A stretch of 63,647 nt of DNA, filler included, from Octopus bimaculoides (lineage: Eukaryota): NCBI RefSeq assembly GCF_001194135.2. It is 7 parts of 5 records of this genome, joined end to end, with 100 filler letters (N's around TTAATTAATTAA, not from the genome) between each part and the next. Parts side by side here need not be neighbours in the genome. Positions count along the whole stretch, not along the records: positions 1 to 9,948 come from NC_068984.1; positions 10,049 to 20,877 come from NC_068998.1; 5 more parts are not named here. One strand, given 5' to 3'. The notes under the pieces are model-generated. The model saw nothing but the letters and a program-made list of their open reading frames with translations. It was not told where the DNA came from and searched no databases. The position numbers and the translations under genes were made by a program. Below are positions 1-12,171 of the stretch, piece after piece; position 1 is the stretch's first letter, and the number at the start of each line of letters is the position of its first letter.

Positions 1-19
1 AACAACAACAACAACAACA
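1..19. repeat. (AAC)n microsatellite
   Basis: Direct reading of the sequence. Confidence 0.9.
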
Positions 20-158
20 TCGAAAACTACCATAGGAATGAGAACCCAGATTCGAAACTTCCCCAAGACACCTGATGAAGGCTGAAGGGTATATCAGCCG
101 AAACGTTGCGTTAACAACAAACAAGATGAGGATAAATATCAGTCAAACGTAAATAATG
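20..158 (+). mobile_element. Penelope-like element pseudo-LTR fragment
   Basis: Contains a minimal hammerhead motif, a hallmark of Penelope-like LTRs, and ends in a GTAAATAATGT-type tail. Family assignment is from recall. Confidence 0.6.
67..112 (+). ncRNA. Minimal type I hammerhead ribozyme motif
   Basis: GACAC-CTGATGA-A-GGCTGA-agggtata-TCAGCC-GAAA-CG-TT-GCGTT: intact core, 6-bp helix II, palindromic AACGTT helix III, helix I with one A-C mismatch. Confidence 0.75.
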
Positions 159-159
159 T

Positions 160-905
160 TTAAAATGGTTAATTTTCTGCTAGGACAACAAGCAGTGCAT
201 ACTAAATGTCCCTGCTTCCTTTGCATATGGGATAGCAGAGCCTAGGCAGAGCATTATTTCAAACAAATCTGGACAGCACGAACATCACTTACTGTTCGAA
301 TAAAACGTAGTTAATCCACCTTTAGTGAGCAGTGATGGTATCATATTTCCTCCTCTACATATCAAACTAGGCCTCATTAAACAATATTTAAAAGCTTTAG
401 ATAGGAATGGTGAGTGTTTTAAATACATAACTTCAAAATTTCCAAGTTTAAGTTATGTAAAAGTCAAGGCGGAATTTTCGATGTTCCACAAATAAGAACA
501 TTAATTAAAAACTGCGATTTTCCTAGTATCATGAAAGAACGCGAGAAAAATGCCTGGTTCTCATTCGTGGACTTGATAGAAAATTTGTTAGGCAACTATA
601 GGACAGATAATTACGATGAAAACGTAAAAAAACTTTTAAGGGACTACAAAGAGTTAGGTTGCAATATGGGAGTAAAAATGCATTTTTTGAATGGACATCT
701 TGACCAATTTCCAAGTAGTTCAGGAACTGTAAGTGACGAACAAGGGGAGAGATTCGACCAAGATATCAAAATTATGAAGGAACGGTACCAAAGACCCTGG
801 GATTCCAACATGATGGCTGATTACTGATGGTGCTTGAAAAGAGAACTGCTATCAGCAACCAAGAACGCTAGAAAGTCTTATAAAAGAAAATTTTTGCCAG
901 AATGA
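160..905 (+). pseudogene. Frameshifted DNA transposase remnant, superfamily unassigned (possibly Sola-like)
   Basis: Translates across frameshifts as KMVNFLLGQQ..TKCPCFLCIWDSRA, FPPLHIKLGLIKQ and SDEQGERFDQDI..YQRPWDSNMMADY, motifs recalled from a widespread metazoan transposase family. Confidence 0.75.
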
Positions 906-1204
906 AAGATTCATATCTATTCTGGGTTGGTTTTTTTTCAATCATTTCTATTGTTATAATGTAATTAATTTTACAGTAGTTTGAACTGCTTGCATTCATG
1001 AAATATAAATTTGAAATATAAATTTGAACACGTCTTAATTTTTAGTCCTAATTTGAAAAATCTGGAAAATTGCACATAAACTGTTGGTAAGAATCAGGAC
1101 CTGATAGAGCCAAACCGACTTAAGATTCGCATTGAGCGTACCCAAATCTTATAGAATCAAGTATCAGTGGTCATTCAATAATATATGTGTTCCCCAGTGT
1201 TTTT

Positions 1205-2130
1205 TTATGAGTCTGCTTTCAGCTTCGATAGCTGCTTCAATGCGGGACTTGAATCGTGGATATACCTGCAACGAATTGTCCTTATTCACTTCGAACATCA
1301 CCCGGATACAGTACTATAGTTTCATTGAAGCTATGGTATTCTGAGGATGCCGATTAGTCTCCCTTTCAACAATACTCCCAATGTAGTAGTCGGTGGGATT
1401 AAAATCTGGCACTTTGGGTATTTCGTTTCTGGAGTTACGTGATCGTAAATATTGTCTGAGATCCATCCTCGGGTTTGTAGGGCTTTGTGTAAAGGCACTG
1501 AGTGGTTGATGAAACATGCATAGTTTTCGGCGGCGTACTTGCGTACTTCATTCAACCAAGGCCAAACAACTGTTTCCAGCACCTGAACATATCGAGCAAC
1601 ATAAATTCTAAGAGTTTGTGGAAAGATGTGAGGTGAAATGATATGACCTTCTTTACTCACCACTCCGTCACAGTTGCTGGAAACTTAGTATGCATCATTC
1701 TGAGAGCATGAGAAAGATCTTCCCATAACCATCTATCATTTCCCTTCCTTGACTTATGGTCCCGTCAAAGATTTTCTCATCAAAGAAAGACCAAATTATG
1801 TCATCTTTGTGGGTTTTTTTAACCATTTAAGTAACCATTTGGTACATCACAAACGCTTTACTTATGTCTTTGCATACATGGTTTAGCTTTCACTCAGCAC
1901 ATACGACTTGTATCGAATGTCCTCGTGCATCTCTAGTCCGATACTTAGGGTTCTTTGGCTATGACCCTCATTGATTTTCCGAGATCATCTTCGGTAGTGT
2001 TCTAAACCCGTTGAATGAATTGCGATCTCCTTATAATGTCCAAAAGATTAGAATGTTTTTCTTGTTGATACAGTTGAAATATTTATACCAGAGGCTTCCT
2101 ATTCCGTCTAAACATTGAATACAATAAGCT
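1205..2130 (-). mobile_element. Degenerate Tc1/mariner (maT/DD37D-like) transposase
   Basis: Fragments EGHIISPHIFPQTLR..YVQVLETVVWPW and NPTDYYIGSIVERETNRHPQNTIAS resemble the maT catalytic domain; many frameshifts. Confidence 0.75.
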
Positions 2131-2233
2131 CATGCAAAATTTAGAAAGATGTCAGTTTCTAAATCACTGTATTCCACACATATGGGAGAGTAATATAATG
2201 CTAATTAAATATCCTTAGATATGCCTCACCACT

Positions 2234-2301
<68 letters not shown>

Positions 2302-3011
2302 NNNNNNNNNNNNNNNNNNNNNNNNNNNNNNNNNNNNNNNNNNNNNNNNNNNNNNNNNNNNNNNNNNNNNNNNNNNNNNNNNNNNNNNNNNNNNNNNNNN
2401 NNNNNNNNNNNNNNNNNNNNNNNNNNNNNNNNNNNNNNNNNNNNNNNNNNNNNNNNNNNNNNNNNNNNNNNNNNNNNNNNNNNNNNNNNNNNNNNNNNNN
2501 NNNNNNNNNNNNNNNNNTATTACGTATGTGTGTGCTGGTAAATACCTGTGGTTGCGATATTACAATATTTTGTCTAAGAGTGGTCCTTTAAAGACGTATA
2601 GTGTTGAAAACACTGTATATTTCAAGACTAGGTGAAACGAAGGCGCCCAGAACTGAACGAGAATGATAGATATCAATATTTTGCAGGTTTTGCTGCTCAT
2701 CGAAACGAATCGGCAACACCCAGCAAAAGGTATATATAAATGACCCAAGATATATTTGCTGATATGCAAAAGCGCTTCACAAAAGCAACAAAATTAAAAC
2801 TTTGTGTTTGAAGTAGCTCAATGATATAAACATTATCAATATCACATACTTAATATACGTGTATTGTTAAACACGTGTAGCTACAGTATTACATCTGAGA
2901 GGGATCTCTTTAAAGACATTATATTGAAAATCACTTCTGTCGTTGTTGTTCACTTCCTTGGTAATTTCGTTTCGCTTACCTCTGAAGTATACTACGTTTA
3001 CTTGTCAATCA

Positions 3012-3190
3012 CATGCATGGCATCTTGGACTAGTACACTCTACTATAGCCCAAGGCTAAATGATACCTTCTGAGTCGATTTGTTGGCGGGAACTGAAAGA
3101 AGCCTCTAGTATATACACATATGTGTTTGTGTATGTGTGTGTGTCTGTGTGTGTGTCGATATAGATGTATGTATCTGCGTGTGTCTTTGT
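3012..3190 (+). mobile_element. SINE family A, partial
   Basis: TACTATAGCC...GGAACTGAAAGAAGCC body shared with the other family A copies in the window. Confidence 0.6.
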
Positions 3191-3192
3191 CG

Positions 3193-3978
<786 letters not shown>

Positions 3979-4007
3979 GTCTCTCTTGAGTAGCTCGAGT
4001 AACTCGA

Positions 4008-4009
<2 letters not shown>

Positions 4010-4040
<31 letters not shown>

Positions 4041-4196
4041 TCTATCTATCTATGTACGTATGTATGTATGTATGTAGACTTGTACGTTTTGTTTTGTTTG
4101 TGTATATGTATGCATTCATGCATGCATGCATGTATGTGTGTGTGTAATGTATGTATGTATGTATGTATGTATGTATGTATGTATGAATGTATGTAT
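4010..4196. repeat. (TATG)n microsatellite
   Basis: Direct reading. Confidence 0.9.
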
Positions 4197-4207
4197 GTTT
4201 GAATGTC

Positions 4208-4451
4208 GAGGCGCGTGGCTGAGAGGCTAGATCGTTGAACTCATAACCGTAAGATTGTGATTTCGATTTCTAGACCGGGCAATGCGTTTTGTCCTTGAAT
4301 AAAACACTTCATTCCATGTTTCTCTTGTCTACTCAAGTGGCAAAACTGAACAACCTTCCACCGAACAGGCCTCCCGTCCAGGGGACGAAATATACACACC
4401 ACGGAAACTAGGAAATCTTTCCTATGAGCCGATGTAACTAGGGAAGAACCT
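4208..4451 (+). mobile_element. tRNA-derived SINE, family C (degenerate)
   Basis: tRNA-like head (GGCGCGTGGCTGAGAGG...TTCGATTTC) followed by a GTCCTTGAATAAAACACTTCA body that differs from families A and B. Confidence 0.55.
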
Positions 4452-4880
4452 TTACTCTTTTACTCTTTTACGTCTTTCAATCATTTGACTGCGGCCATGC
4501 TGGAGCACCGCCTTTAGTCGAGCAAATCGACCCCAGGACTTATTCTTTAGAAGCCTAGTACTTATTCTTTAGAAGCCTAGTACTTATTCTATCGGTCTCT
4601 TTTGCCGAACCGCTAAGTTGCGGAGACATAAACACACCAGCATCGGTTGTCAAGCGATGTTGGGGGGACAAACACAGACACACAAACACATACACACATA
4701 CACACATACATATATACGACGGGCTTCTTTCAGTTTCCGTCTACCAAATCCACTCACAAGGCTTTGGTCAGCCCGAGGTTATAGTAGAAGACACTTGCCC
4801 AAGGTGCCACGCAGTGGGAACGAACCCAGAACCATGTGGTTGGTAAGCAAGCTACTTAGCACACAGCCACTCCTGCGCCT
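4452..4880 (-). mobile_element. SINE family A, full length
   Basis: Minus strand reads AGGCGCAGGAGTGGCTGTGTG head, GGTTCGTTCCC B-box-like motif, internal (TG)n, and AGAGTAA tail; internal 22-bp tandem duplication near 4540-4583. Confidence 0.9.
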
Positions 4881-5463
4881 TTATTCCTTATGTATATACA
4901 TGGTTTGGACAAAATAATAGAAACACCTTGTTAATTAGAAGTTCTATCTATTATGTATTGGATGGAGTGGTATCGTCACCTTGGTTGTTGTTTTCACTAT
5001 GTTTCGGTTTCCACAGACATGTGTGATTCATCTTAATGCCTCGCCTCGGATCCAACTCATTGCCTTATCTGGGATTAGACTCACAACCTCTACGTGACTG
5101 CATTGCATTAATCAACGCCTTTATCCACTACGTTATGCCCGTGGGCAGTGTTAGAATGAGTTTTTAAGGTTTATAAACCTCCATAGATGTCTTATGTCGG
5201 TACTGTACCGATAAGATAATACAATTCTTTTTTGGTCTAATGCTTATACAGGAAGTTATTTTTTGTTATGGTATTGACTGTTTGCGGTATAGTTTTGGAG
5301 TTAGAATTGTTATAAAGTATTCTTCTTTTAACTTTCCCAGTTTCATCTTTTATTTTGTAAAGGGAAATATTTAAAATTTTCCATTTACAAAAATGTCTAT
5401 ATGTCTACTACATGGAACATATCGAAGAAATGTGTGTGTGTCTGTATGTCTTGTCAGTAATAC

Positions 5464-5679
5464 TTTTCTACCCTAGGCACAAGGCCCGAAATTTTTTGGG
5501 AGGAAGCCAGTCGATTAGATCGACCCCAGTACACAACTGGCACTTGATTTATCGACCCCTGAAAAGATGAAAGGCAAAGTCGACCTCGGCAGAATTCGAA
5601 CTCAGAACGTAAAGACAGACGAAATACCGCTAAGCATTTCGCCCGGCGTACTAACGATACTGCCAGCTCGGCACCTCAC
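5464..5679 (-). mobile_element. SINE family B with 14-bp target site duplication
   Basis: GAGCTGGCAG head and GAGGTCGACTTTGCCTTTCATC central domain (Nin/Deu-like by recall); CTTGTCAGTAATAC at 5450-5463 and 5680-5693. Confidence 0.9.
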
Positions 5680-5693
5680 CTTGTCAGTAATAC

Positions 5694-6050
5694 CAAGAAT
5701 GACTGTGTAGTAAGAAGTTTGTTTCCCAGCTACGTGGTTATAGGTTCAGTCCCCCTTCGCGGCACCTTGGTCAAGTATCTTCTGCTATAGCTTCGGGCTG
5801 ATTAAATCCCTGTGAGTAGATTTGGTAGATGGAAACTGAAACGGGCCCGTCAAATATAAATGTGTGTGTGTGTAGGTGTGTGTGTGTGTCTGTGTCTGCG
5901 TTTGTACCCCACCATAACCTGTCAAGGTGTTGGTTTGTTTACGTCCCCGTAATTTGGTGCTTCATCAAAAGAAAACGATAGGGGTTCCAGGCGTTTAAAA
6001 AGAGTACTGGTGTCAATTAGTTCGACAAGGTGGTGCTTCAGCAAGTAAAA
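5694..6050 (+). mobile_element. SINE family A, degenerate
   Basis: Colinear with the other family A copies from head to GGTGGTGCTTCAGCA. Confidence 0.75.
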
Positions 6051-6307
6051 TATAAAAATAAAAGTGAGATTAAACAGAAGAACTGCTCAATACCTTTCGT
6101 AGAATACATGCTTATTAATCTTTTAAGAAGGATGACACACACCTCACACACAAGAGTTGTTGTGCTGAATACTGAAGGTAATGGCAAAGTGGGTACAACT
6201 TTCTCTTAACTGACTGACACTTCCCTTTATTGACTGACATTCAAATTGCACAGAGAAATATTTCTTCTATAATAATTCTATTTTCTGTTCTGCATTTCAG
6301 GTAAATA

Positions 6308-6540
6308 GTGGGATCTAAGCAGAGCCAACGTACTTTCATTGAGTTCTTGACGAAGGACGGGTGCAGGACGTCTGTCATCTCCATAAGTCCACACATTGTT
6401 TATAGCGATGACATTTTCGACAAGAGTAATGTTTACAGGTGGCAAGAGAAATTTAAAGAAGAAACTAGCATTGAAGACAAATCAGGCAGTTGGACGCAAT
6501 TTATTCAAATCGCCAGTGAGTTGGCGAATTGATTCGCGAG
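6308..6540 (+). pseudogene. mariner transposase N-terminal (HTH) remnant
   Basis: QRTFIEFLTKDG...VYSDDIFDKSNVYRWQEKFKE...SIEDK resembles the mariner DNA-binding region. Confidence 0.65.
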
Positions 6541-6669
6541 GACAGAAGAGTGTTAATATGTAAACCTACTGAACAACGTGACTGTTATAACAATGTATTA
6601 CAGAAAAAATACGTCACGTGAATTTTATCACGAAAGTTAAGCACTTGCTACTTCTTATGTTTCGGTTAA

Positions 6670-7055
6670 GTGGAGGCGCAATGGCCTAGTGGTTAGGGCA
6701 GCGGACTCGCAGTCATAGGATCGCGGTTTCGATTCCCAGACCGGGCGTTGTGAGTGTTTATTAAGCGCAAACACCTAAAGTTCCACGAGGCTCCAGCAGG
6801 AGATGGTGGTGAACCCTGCTGTACTCTTTCACCACAACTTTATCTCACTCTTACTTCCTGTTTCTGTTGTGCCTGTAATTCAAAGGGCCAGCCTTGTCAC
6901 ACTCTGTGTCACGCTGAATATCCCCGAGAACTATGTTAAGGGTACACGTGTCTGTGGAGTGCTCAGCCACTTGCACGTTCATTTCACGAGCAGACTGTTC
7001 TGTTGATCGGATCAACTGGAACCCTCGACATCGTAAGCGACAGAGTGCCAACAAC
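6670..7055 (+). mobile_element. tRNA-derived SINE, family D, full length with target site duplication
   Basis: A-box TGGCCTAGTGG, B-box GGTTTCGATTCCC, ACAACA tail; ATG(T/C)TTCGGTTAA at 6657-6669 and 7056-7068. Confidence 0.9.
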
Positions 7056-7486
7056 ATGCTTCGGTTAAATATTATGTTCCGGTTTGACTAGGACCACGTG
7101 CTCTTGTATCTAAAAAGAAAAACCCTCTCCTACTTAAAAGCTTAAACAAGGATTTTGTAAAAGAAAATCTCAAAGTTATTCATGTATGCAAGCTTCTCTT
7201 TTCATAATTGAGGATGATTTCCAAAAGAATGAACAATGCCGTTGCACCTTGCTTACCATTGTCGTTGCAGATGTTCGCTTCACAACTTTGAAGCAGGAAT
7301 AGCACAATGCATTCCTGCAATACCGTCAATCCACAGCACTAGACAAGTAATTTCTATCGGTATCGACCATGAAAATGTGAAACGTAAAGTTCACCTGAGC
7401 GGATATACAAGTCAGAGTGCTAAGAGTCAGAATAAATACCGCAACGAGTATACTAATTCGATCCTTTCGGATATATATATATATGC

Positions 7487-7554
<68 letters not shown>

Positions 7555-8398
7555 GCGTGTGGTTGTGTATGTGTGTACATGTACATAAGTGTATGTGTAT
7601 GTGTGTGCATCTAACTAGATATACAGATAAAGAGAGGCGAAAGTAATACACCATACATAGACATATATNNNNNNNNNNNNNNNNNNNNNNNNNNNNNNNN
7701 NNNNNNNNNNNNNNNNNNNNNNNNNNNNNNNNNNNNNNNNNNNNNNNNNNNNNNNNNNNNNNNNNNNNNNNNNNNNNNNNNNNNNNNNNNNNNNNNNNNN
7801 NNNNNNNNNNNNNNNNNNNNNNNNNNNNNNNNNNNNNNNNNNNNNNNNNNNNNNNNNNNNNNNNNNNNNNNNNNNNNNNNNNNNNNNNNNNNNNNNNNNN
7901 NNNNNNNNNNNNNNNNNNNNNNNNNNNNNNNNNNNNNNNNNNNNNNNNNNNNNNNNNNNNNNNNNNNNNNNNNNNNNNNNNNNNNNNNNNNNNNNNNNNN
8001 NNNNNNNNNNNNNNNNNNNNNNNNNNNNNNNNNNNNNNNNNNNNNNNNNNNNNNNNNNNNNNNNNNNNNNNNNNNNNNNNNNNNNNNNNNNNNNNNNNNN
8101 NNNNNNNNNNNNNNNNNNNNNNNNNNNNNNNNNNNNNNNNNNNNNNNNNNNNNNNNNNNNNNNNNNNNNNNNNNNNNNNNNNNNNNNNNNNNNNNNNNNN
8201 NNNNNNNNNNNNNNNNNNNNNNNNNNNNNNNNNNNNNNNNNNNNNNNNNNNNNNNNNNNNNNNNNNNNNNNNNNNNNNNNNNNNNNNNNNNNNNNNNNNN
8301 NNNNNNNNNNNNNNNNNNNNNNNNNNNNNNNNNNNNNNNNNNNNNNNNNNNNNNNNNNNNNNNNNNNNNNNNNNNNNNNNNNNNNNNNNNNNNNNNNN

Positions 8399-9835
8399 AT
8401 ATGCGGTTGCACCTTGGGATTACAAGAGCGTCACTGTCTCTCTTGTTCATCAGGCACTTTGTGGCAATCTCCTGTTCCTGGATTGCAAACGCATAGCCCT
8501 CAAAGTGTGATGTGATGTAATGGTCTTGTGTCCAAAAGAGGCTGCGCTTCGTGTCAATTCTACTGTCTACTTCAAGCTTCTGGGCAACATACACATACAT
8601 AGTCTTTTTATGTATGCTGAGTGCTTTCCATCCAGGTCTTCTCTGAAGTAAGAGAGCCCAGCTGTTTTGTGGCTGTATAGGAGATCATCAGGAAGAGAGT
8701 GATTCTTGAGGAGCTCACTGCCAACTCGTACGATGCTGCTCATTTCACTTTTCAGCACTGTATTTTTGCTGCTATTGTTTAGCAGGTGCTGCCTGGGTGA
8801 TACCATACGGCACTCAAAGGCTGTTTGCACTGATCTCAGGTCTCTACCACGTTCATTTCTTTGGTAGAGACTGTCAACATCACTGTTTTTATGGAAGTTC
8901 CAAGTTGTTGTCAGGATTTTGCGGATTTTGATATCTATGGAGTGAATTTCCTCTACAGACCAATCAAGTATCCCAAATGTTGGGATCAACACTGGTACTG
9001 AAAATGCATTGTGGAACATTTTTTTTTCTGTAAGAGGAGAGTTCCGACTGCCATATTTTCCTAAATCTGGTGTAATACTCTCGGGTCACTGTATCTTTAT
9101 TTACAGTGTCCTCATACAGATCGCGTGTGCCTAGGTAATTGTAACATTCTTTTTGTGAAATGGGAGAGATAGAGAGACCATGGATGCACAGGTTTTGGAT
9201 TTGGAGGACTGACTTTCTTGGTTCTATAACCAAATATGAACATTTCTTTTGGCTAAATTCCATGCCTATATCAGCTGAAAATGTTGTTACTAATTCCAGT
9301 TGTTTTTTGACATTGTTAACACATTTAGCATAAATCTTCAGATCGTCTACAAAGAAATTATGAGTTACATTGATATTTCTAGCAGTTGAAGATCCTAGCA
9401 TGTATCAATTTGTTTTCTGCGGTAGGAACGATAATGGATTCAGTGACAAAAGGAAAAGAACTACAGAAAGGCGATCTCCCTGGAATATTCCCTTTGAAAT
9501 GCCTATATTATTAGAAACAATTATTCTGTTTTCAGTTGTAAGGGTAAGAATAGTTGTTCATGTCTTTGTGAGTCTCTCTATAGCAGCAATTAGGGTAGTA
9601 GGTAACTTTGTCAGTTGTAGGTACTTCAACAACCACGAATGAGGGATTGAGTCGAATGCCTTCTTATAGTCAAGCCATACTGTCACAAGGTTTCTGCGTT
9701 GTTTTCTAACTTCAGACAGTACAGCTTCGTTTATCAAAAGTTCTTCGGCACTTCCCCACACTAGCCTTCTTTCAACCGGCCTGTTCATCAGTCACAATGT
9801 TGTTCGACTGACAATAGTCCTGGAGGAATTGGTTG
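8399..9835 (-). mobile_element. Non-LTR retrotransposon reverse transcriptase, R4/Dong-like, frameshifted
   Basis: WGSAEELLIN..WLDYKKAFDSIPHSW, GIFQGDRLS, FFVDDLKIY, YNYLG and FEGYAFAIQEQEI motifs; the 3' part runs into an N gap. Confidence 0.85.
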
Positions 9836-9948
9836 AGGCAACTTGTGAACAGTTTGTACATAATGTTTAGGCATATGTATGCATGAATGCATGTATACAT
9901 CTATGTATGTATACATATGTATGTATGTATGTATACAGAGAGGCATAT

Positions 9949-10048
9949 NNNNNNNNNNNNNNNNNNNNNNNNNNNNNNNNNNNNNNNNNNNNTTAATTAA
10001 TTAANNNNNNNNNNNNNNNNNNNNNNNNNNNNNNNNNNNNNNNNNNNN
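9949..10048. other. Scaffolding spacer: 44 N + TTAATTAATTAA + 44 N (first of six)
   Basis: The same 12-mer sits inside N runs at 9993, 20922, 39692, 46107, 55673 and 62091. Confidence 0.9.
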
Positions 10049-10148
10049 ATATATATACATAATAAATGCGAAAGCGAATGTCAATCTATCAGTGTGACAC
10101 ACTTTTTCACTTTACTCCTGTGACCCCTCTGTCATTAATCAATGACAC

Positions 10149-10860
10149 TTTTAACTGTATCACGTAATTTAACCATAACACGGGCTTCATAACTTTCTGA
10201 ACTTCTCATAACTCTCTACCATAAAAATGCTGGAAACTAATTGTTTTTTCAAATATTAATAATAATTGTCAGACCCGTTTTCATGTCGTCGGCCGTCAGA
10301 GTTATATAAATGTAGTGTACTCTGACGGCATGAAAATAGATTCGACTAATTTTGTTATTACCTTAAAAAATAGTAATTGTACACTCTGAAAAATGTTTCT
10401 TAGTTAATCCTAACATTTTGAAAAATCTGTCTCTAAATTTTATAACTGTACCTAGTAGTTCAACCATAACACTACTCATTAAAAAGGTTTCTTCTTAATC
10501 CTAACATATTGAAAACAATATTTCTCTAAATATTAAAACTATTTCCAAAAGTAATTTCCAAGATAAACATTTTGAGAAAAATCTTTCTCTCAATATTATA
10601 ACTGTATCAAGTAATTTAGCCATAACACGTGCTTCATAAAATTCAGAACAGAAATACGTATTGAACTCACTCTCTTATACAGTGTTACCTCTCATAACTC
10701 TCTACCATAAAAATGTTGGAAACTTAGAAATTTTCCAATATTAATAAAATTTGTGGGACTTATTTTCATGCTATCAGACATCGGAGCGATGGATAATTAG
10801 CGCACTCTGATTGCATGAAATCAAATTCGACTAATTTTATTATTACCATAAAAAAAATAC
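10149..10860. repeat. Degenerate tandem duplication (~450-bp period) with shorter sub-repeats
   Basis: AACTGTATCA.GTAATTTA.CCATAACAC and CTCATAACTCTCTACCATAAAAATG.TGGAAACT each recur; ATTCGACTAATTTT.TTATTACC occurs twice. Confidence 0.75.
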
Positions 10861-11819
10861 TAGATTTCAAACATCTTTCTGGTCAAATACGTTTAGAGAA
10901 ATTCCAAACGATAAACATCGCATTTAAAATAGTGTTTAGCGACGGTGGTGTGATTTTCCTTCAAACGACGAACGGGTGTTTAGATAGGTACCAGCTACTA
11001 CAAATAATTGTTTGTATGAAAAGTAAGGCCCTACGTACATACATCAAATAGTCTTGAAACTAAGTGGCAGCAGAAGAATCATCGTAGAACTTTTAAAAGG
11101 TAGGTTTGTTGTTGCCAGCTATATGCTGGTTGTTCAAGAATAGGGAATGGAAACAAACTATTTGTACTCACCCAGAATGGGAAGACAAAAAAATATTGTT
11201 TATCATGCAGCTTTGCAATAAGTTCCACGTCGACAAATTATATCATTCTTTAAATGAAAATTGTTCATTGCTTGAAATATATTGTTTAAGTATAATAAAA
11301 TTTAAAAAAGATACTCGATGCATGAAGCGTCATTTTTGGGCCTAAGGTCCAATGAAGAACCCTCTACAAGATCTAGTGTAATTTGCTTATCCGCATTATT
11401 GCCTCCATATCTACTGAAATTGAACCTTCTTTACCACACAGAATTGTCCCCTGTGAAGACATTGGAGGTAAGCTTGAAGTATTTCAGCGCTACTAAGTAT
11501 TTTCTGTACTGAAAGACACTAAATCTCATTTCTTGATAATATGCCATTTGCTCCGCCGAGCGCTAAAATATCACATTCATGGATAAGCAATTCTTGGGCA
11601 TATCAGTATATTCGGTCATATTCTATGCAACTTCCTCTCATGTAAATACACTCTTGTTCATAAATTAAAAAAAAAATCTATTATTCATATTTACTGTTGA
11701 AAAGATCTCAAGGATCGAAACCGGTTCTGTAATGTTCTTTATAAAAGTATTTTAGNNNNNNNNNNNNNNNNNNNNNNNNNNNNNNNNNNNNNNNNNNNNN
11801 NNNNNNNNNNNNNNNNNNN

Positions 11820-11851
<32 letters not shown>

Positions 11852-12171
11852 CGGCAAAAAGAAAATGGAGGGGATACAAAAGTGACACATATCAGCAGGT
11901 AGACATTCTATTATGTCTATCTATTCCAAAACAAGACAGGGTATTATAAGAATGCATACAAATGCAAAGATTGTGCTACTCAAATATATACTAGTAATAC
12001 ATAAGAGATTAAAAGAATCATCTTTTACTATTTTATGTATTAACAGTATGTATTACTAGTATATATTCTTGTATCACACAGTCTTTGTGTGTGCATGTAT
12101 TCTTATAATGCTCCCTTAGAATGTCTACCGGTTGATGTTATTTTTCTACCCCCTCCATTTTCTTTTTGCCG
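11852..12171. mobile_element. Palindromic MITE-like element with TA flanks
   Basis: 11848-11873 is the perfect reverse complement of 12150-12175; the interior is also imperfectly self-complementary. Confidence 0.85.

Noticed and set aside
6670-6745. tRNA gene
   Set aside because: Has A and B boxes but continues into a SINE body bounded by a target site duplication; no acceptor stem.
11442-11467. 26-nt micro-exon with good splice signals (CACAG|AATTG...GGAG|GTAAGC)
   Set aside because: Too short to assign, no partner exons, and such signals are expected by chance.
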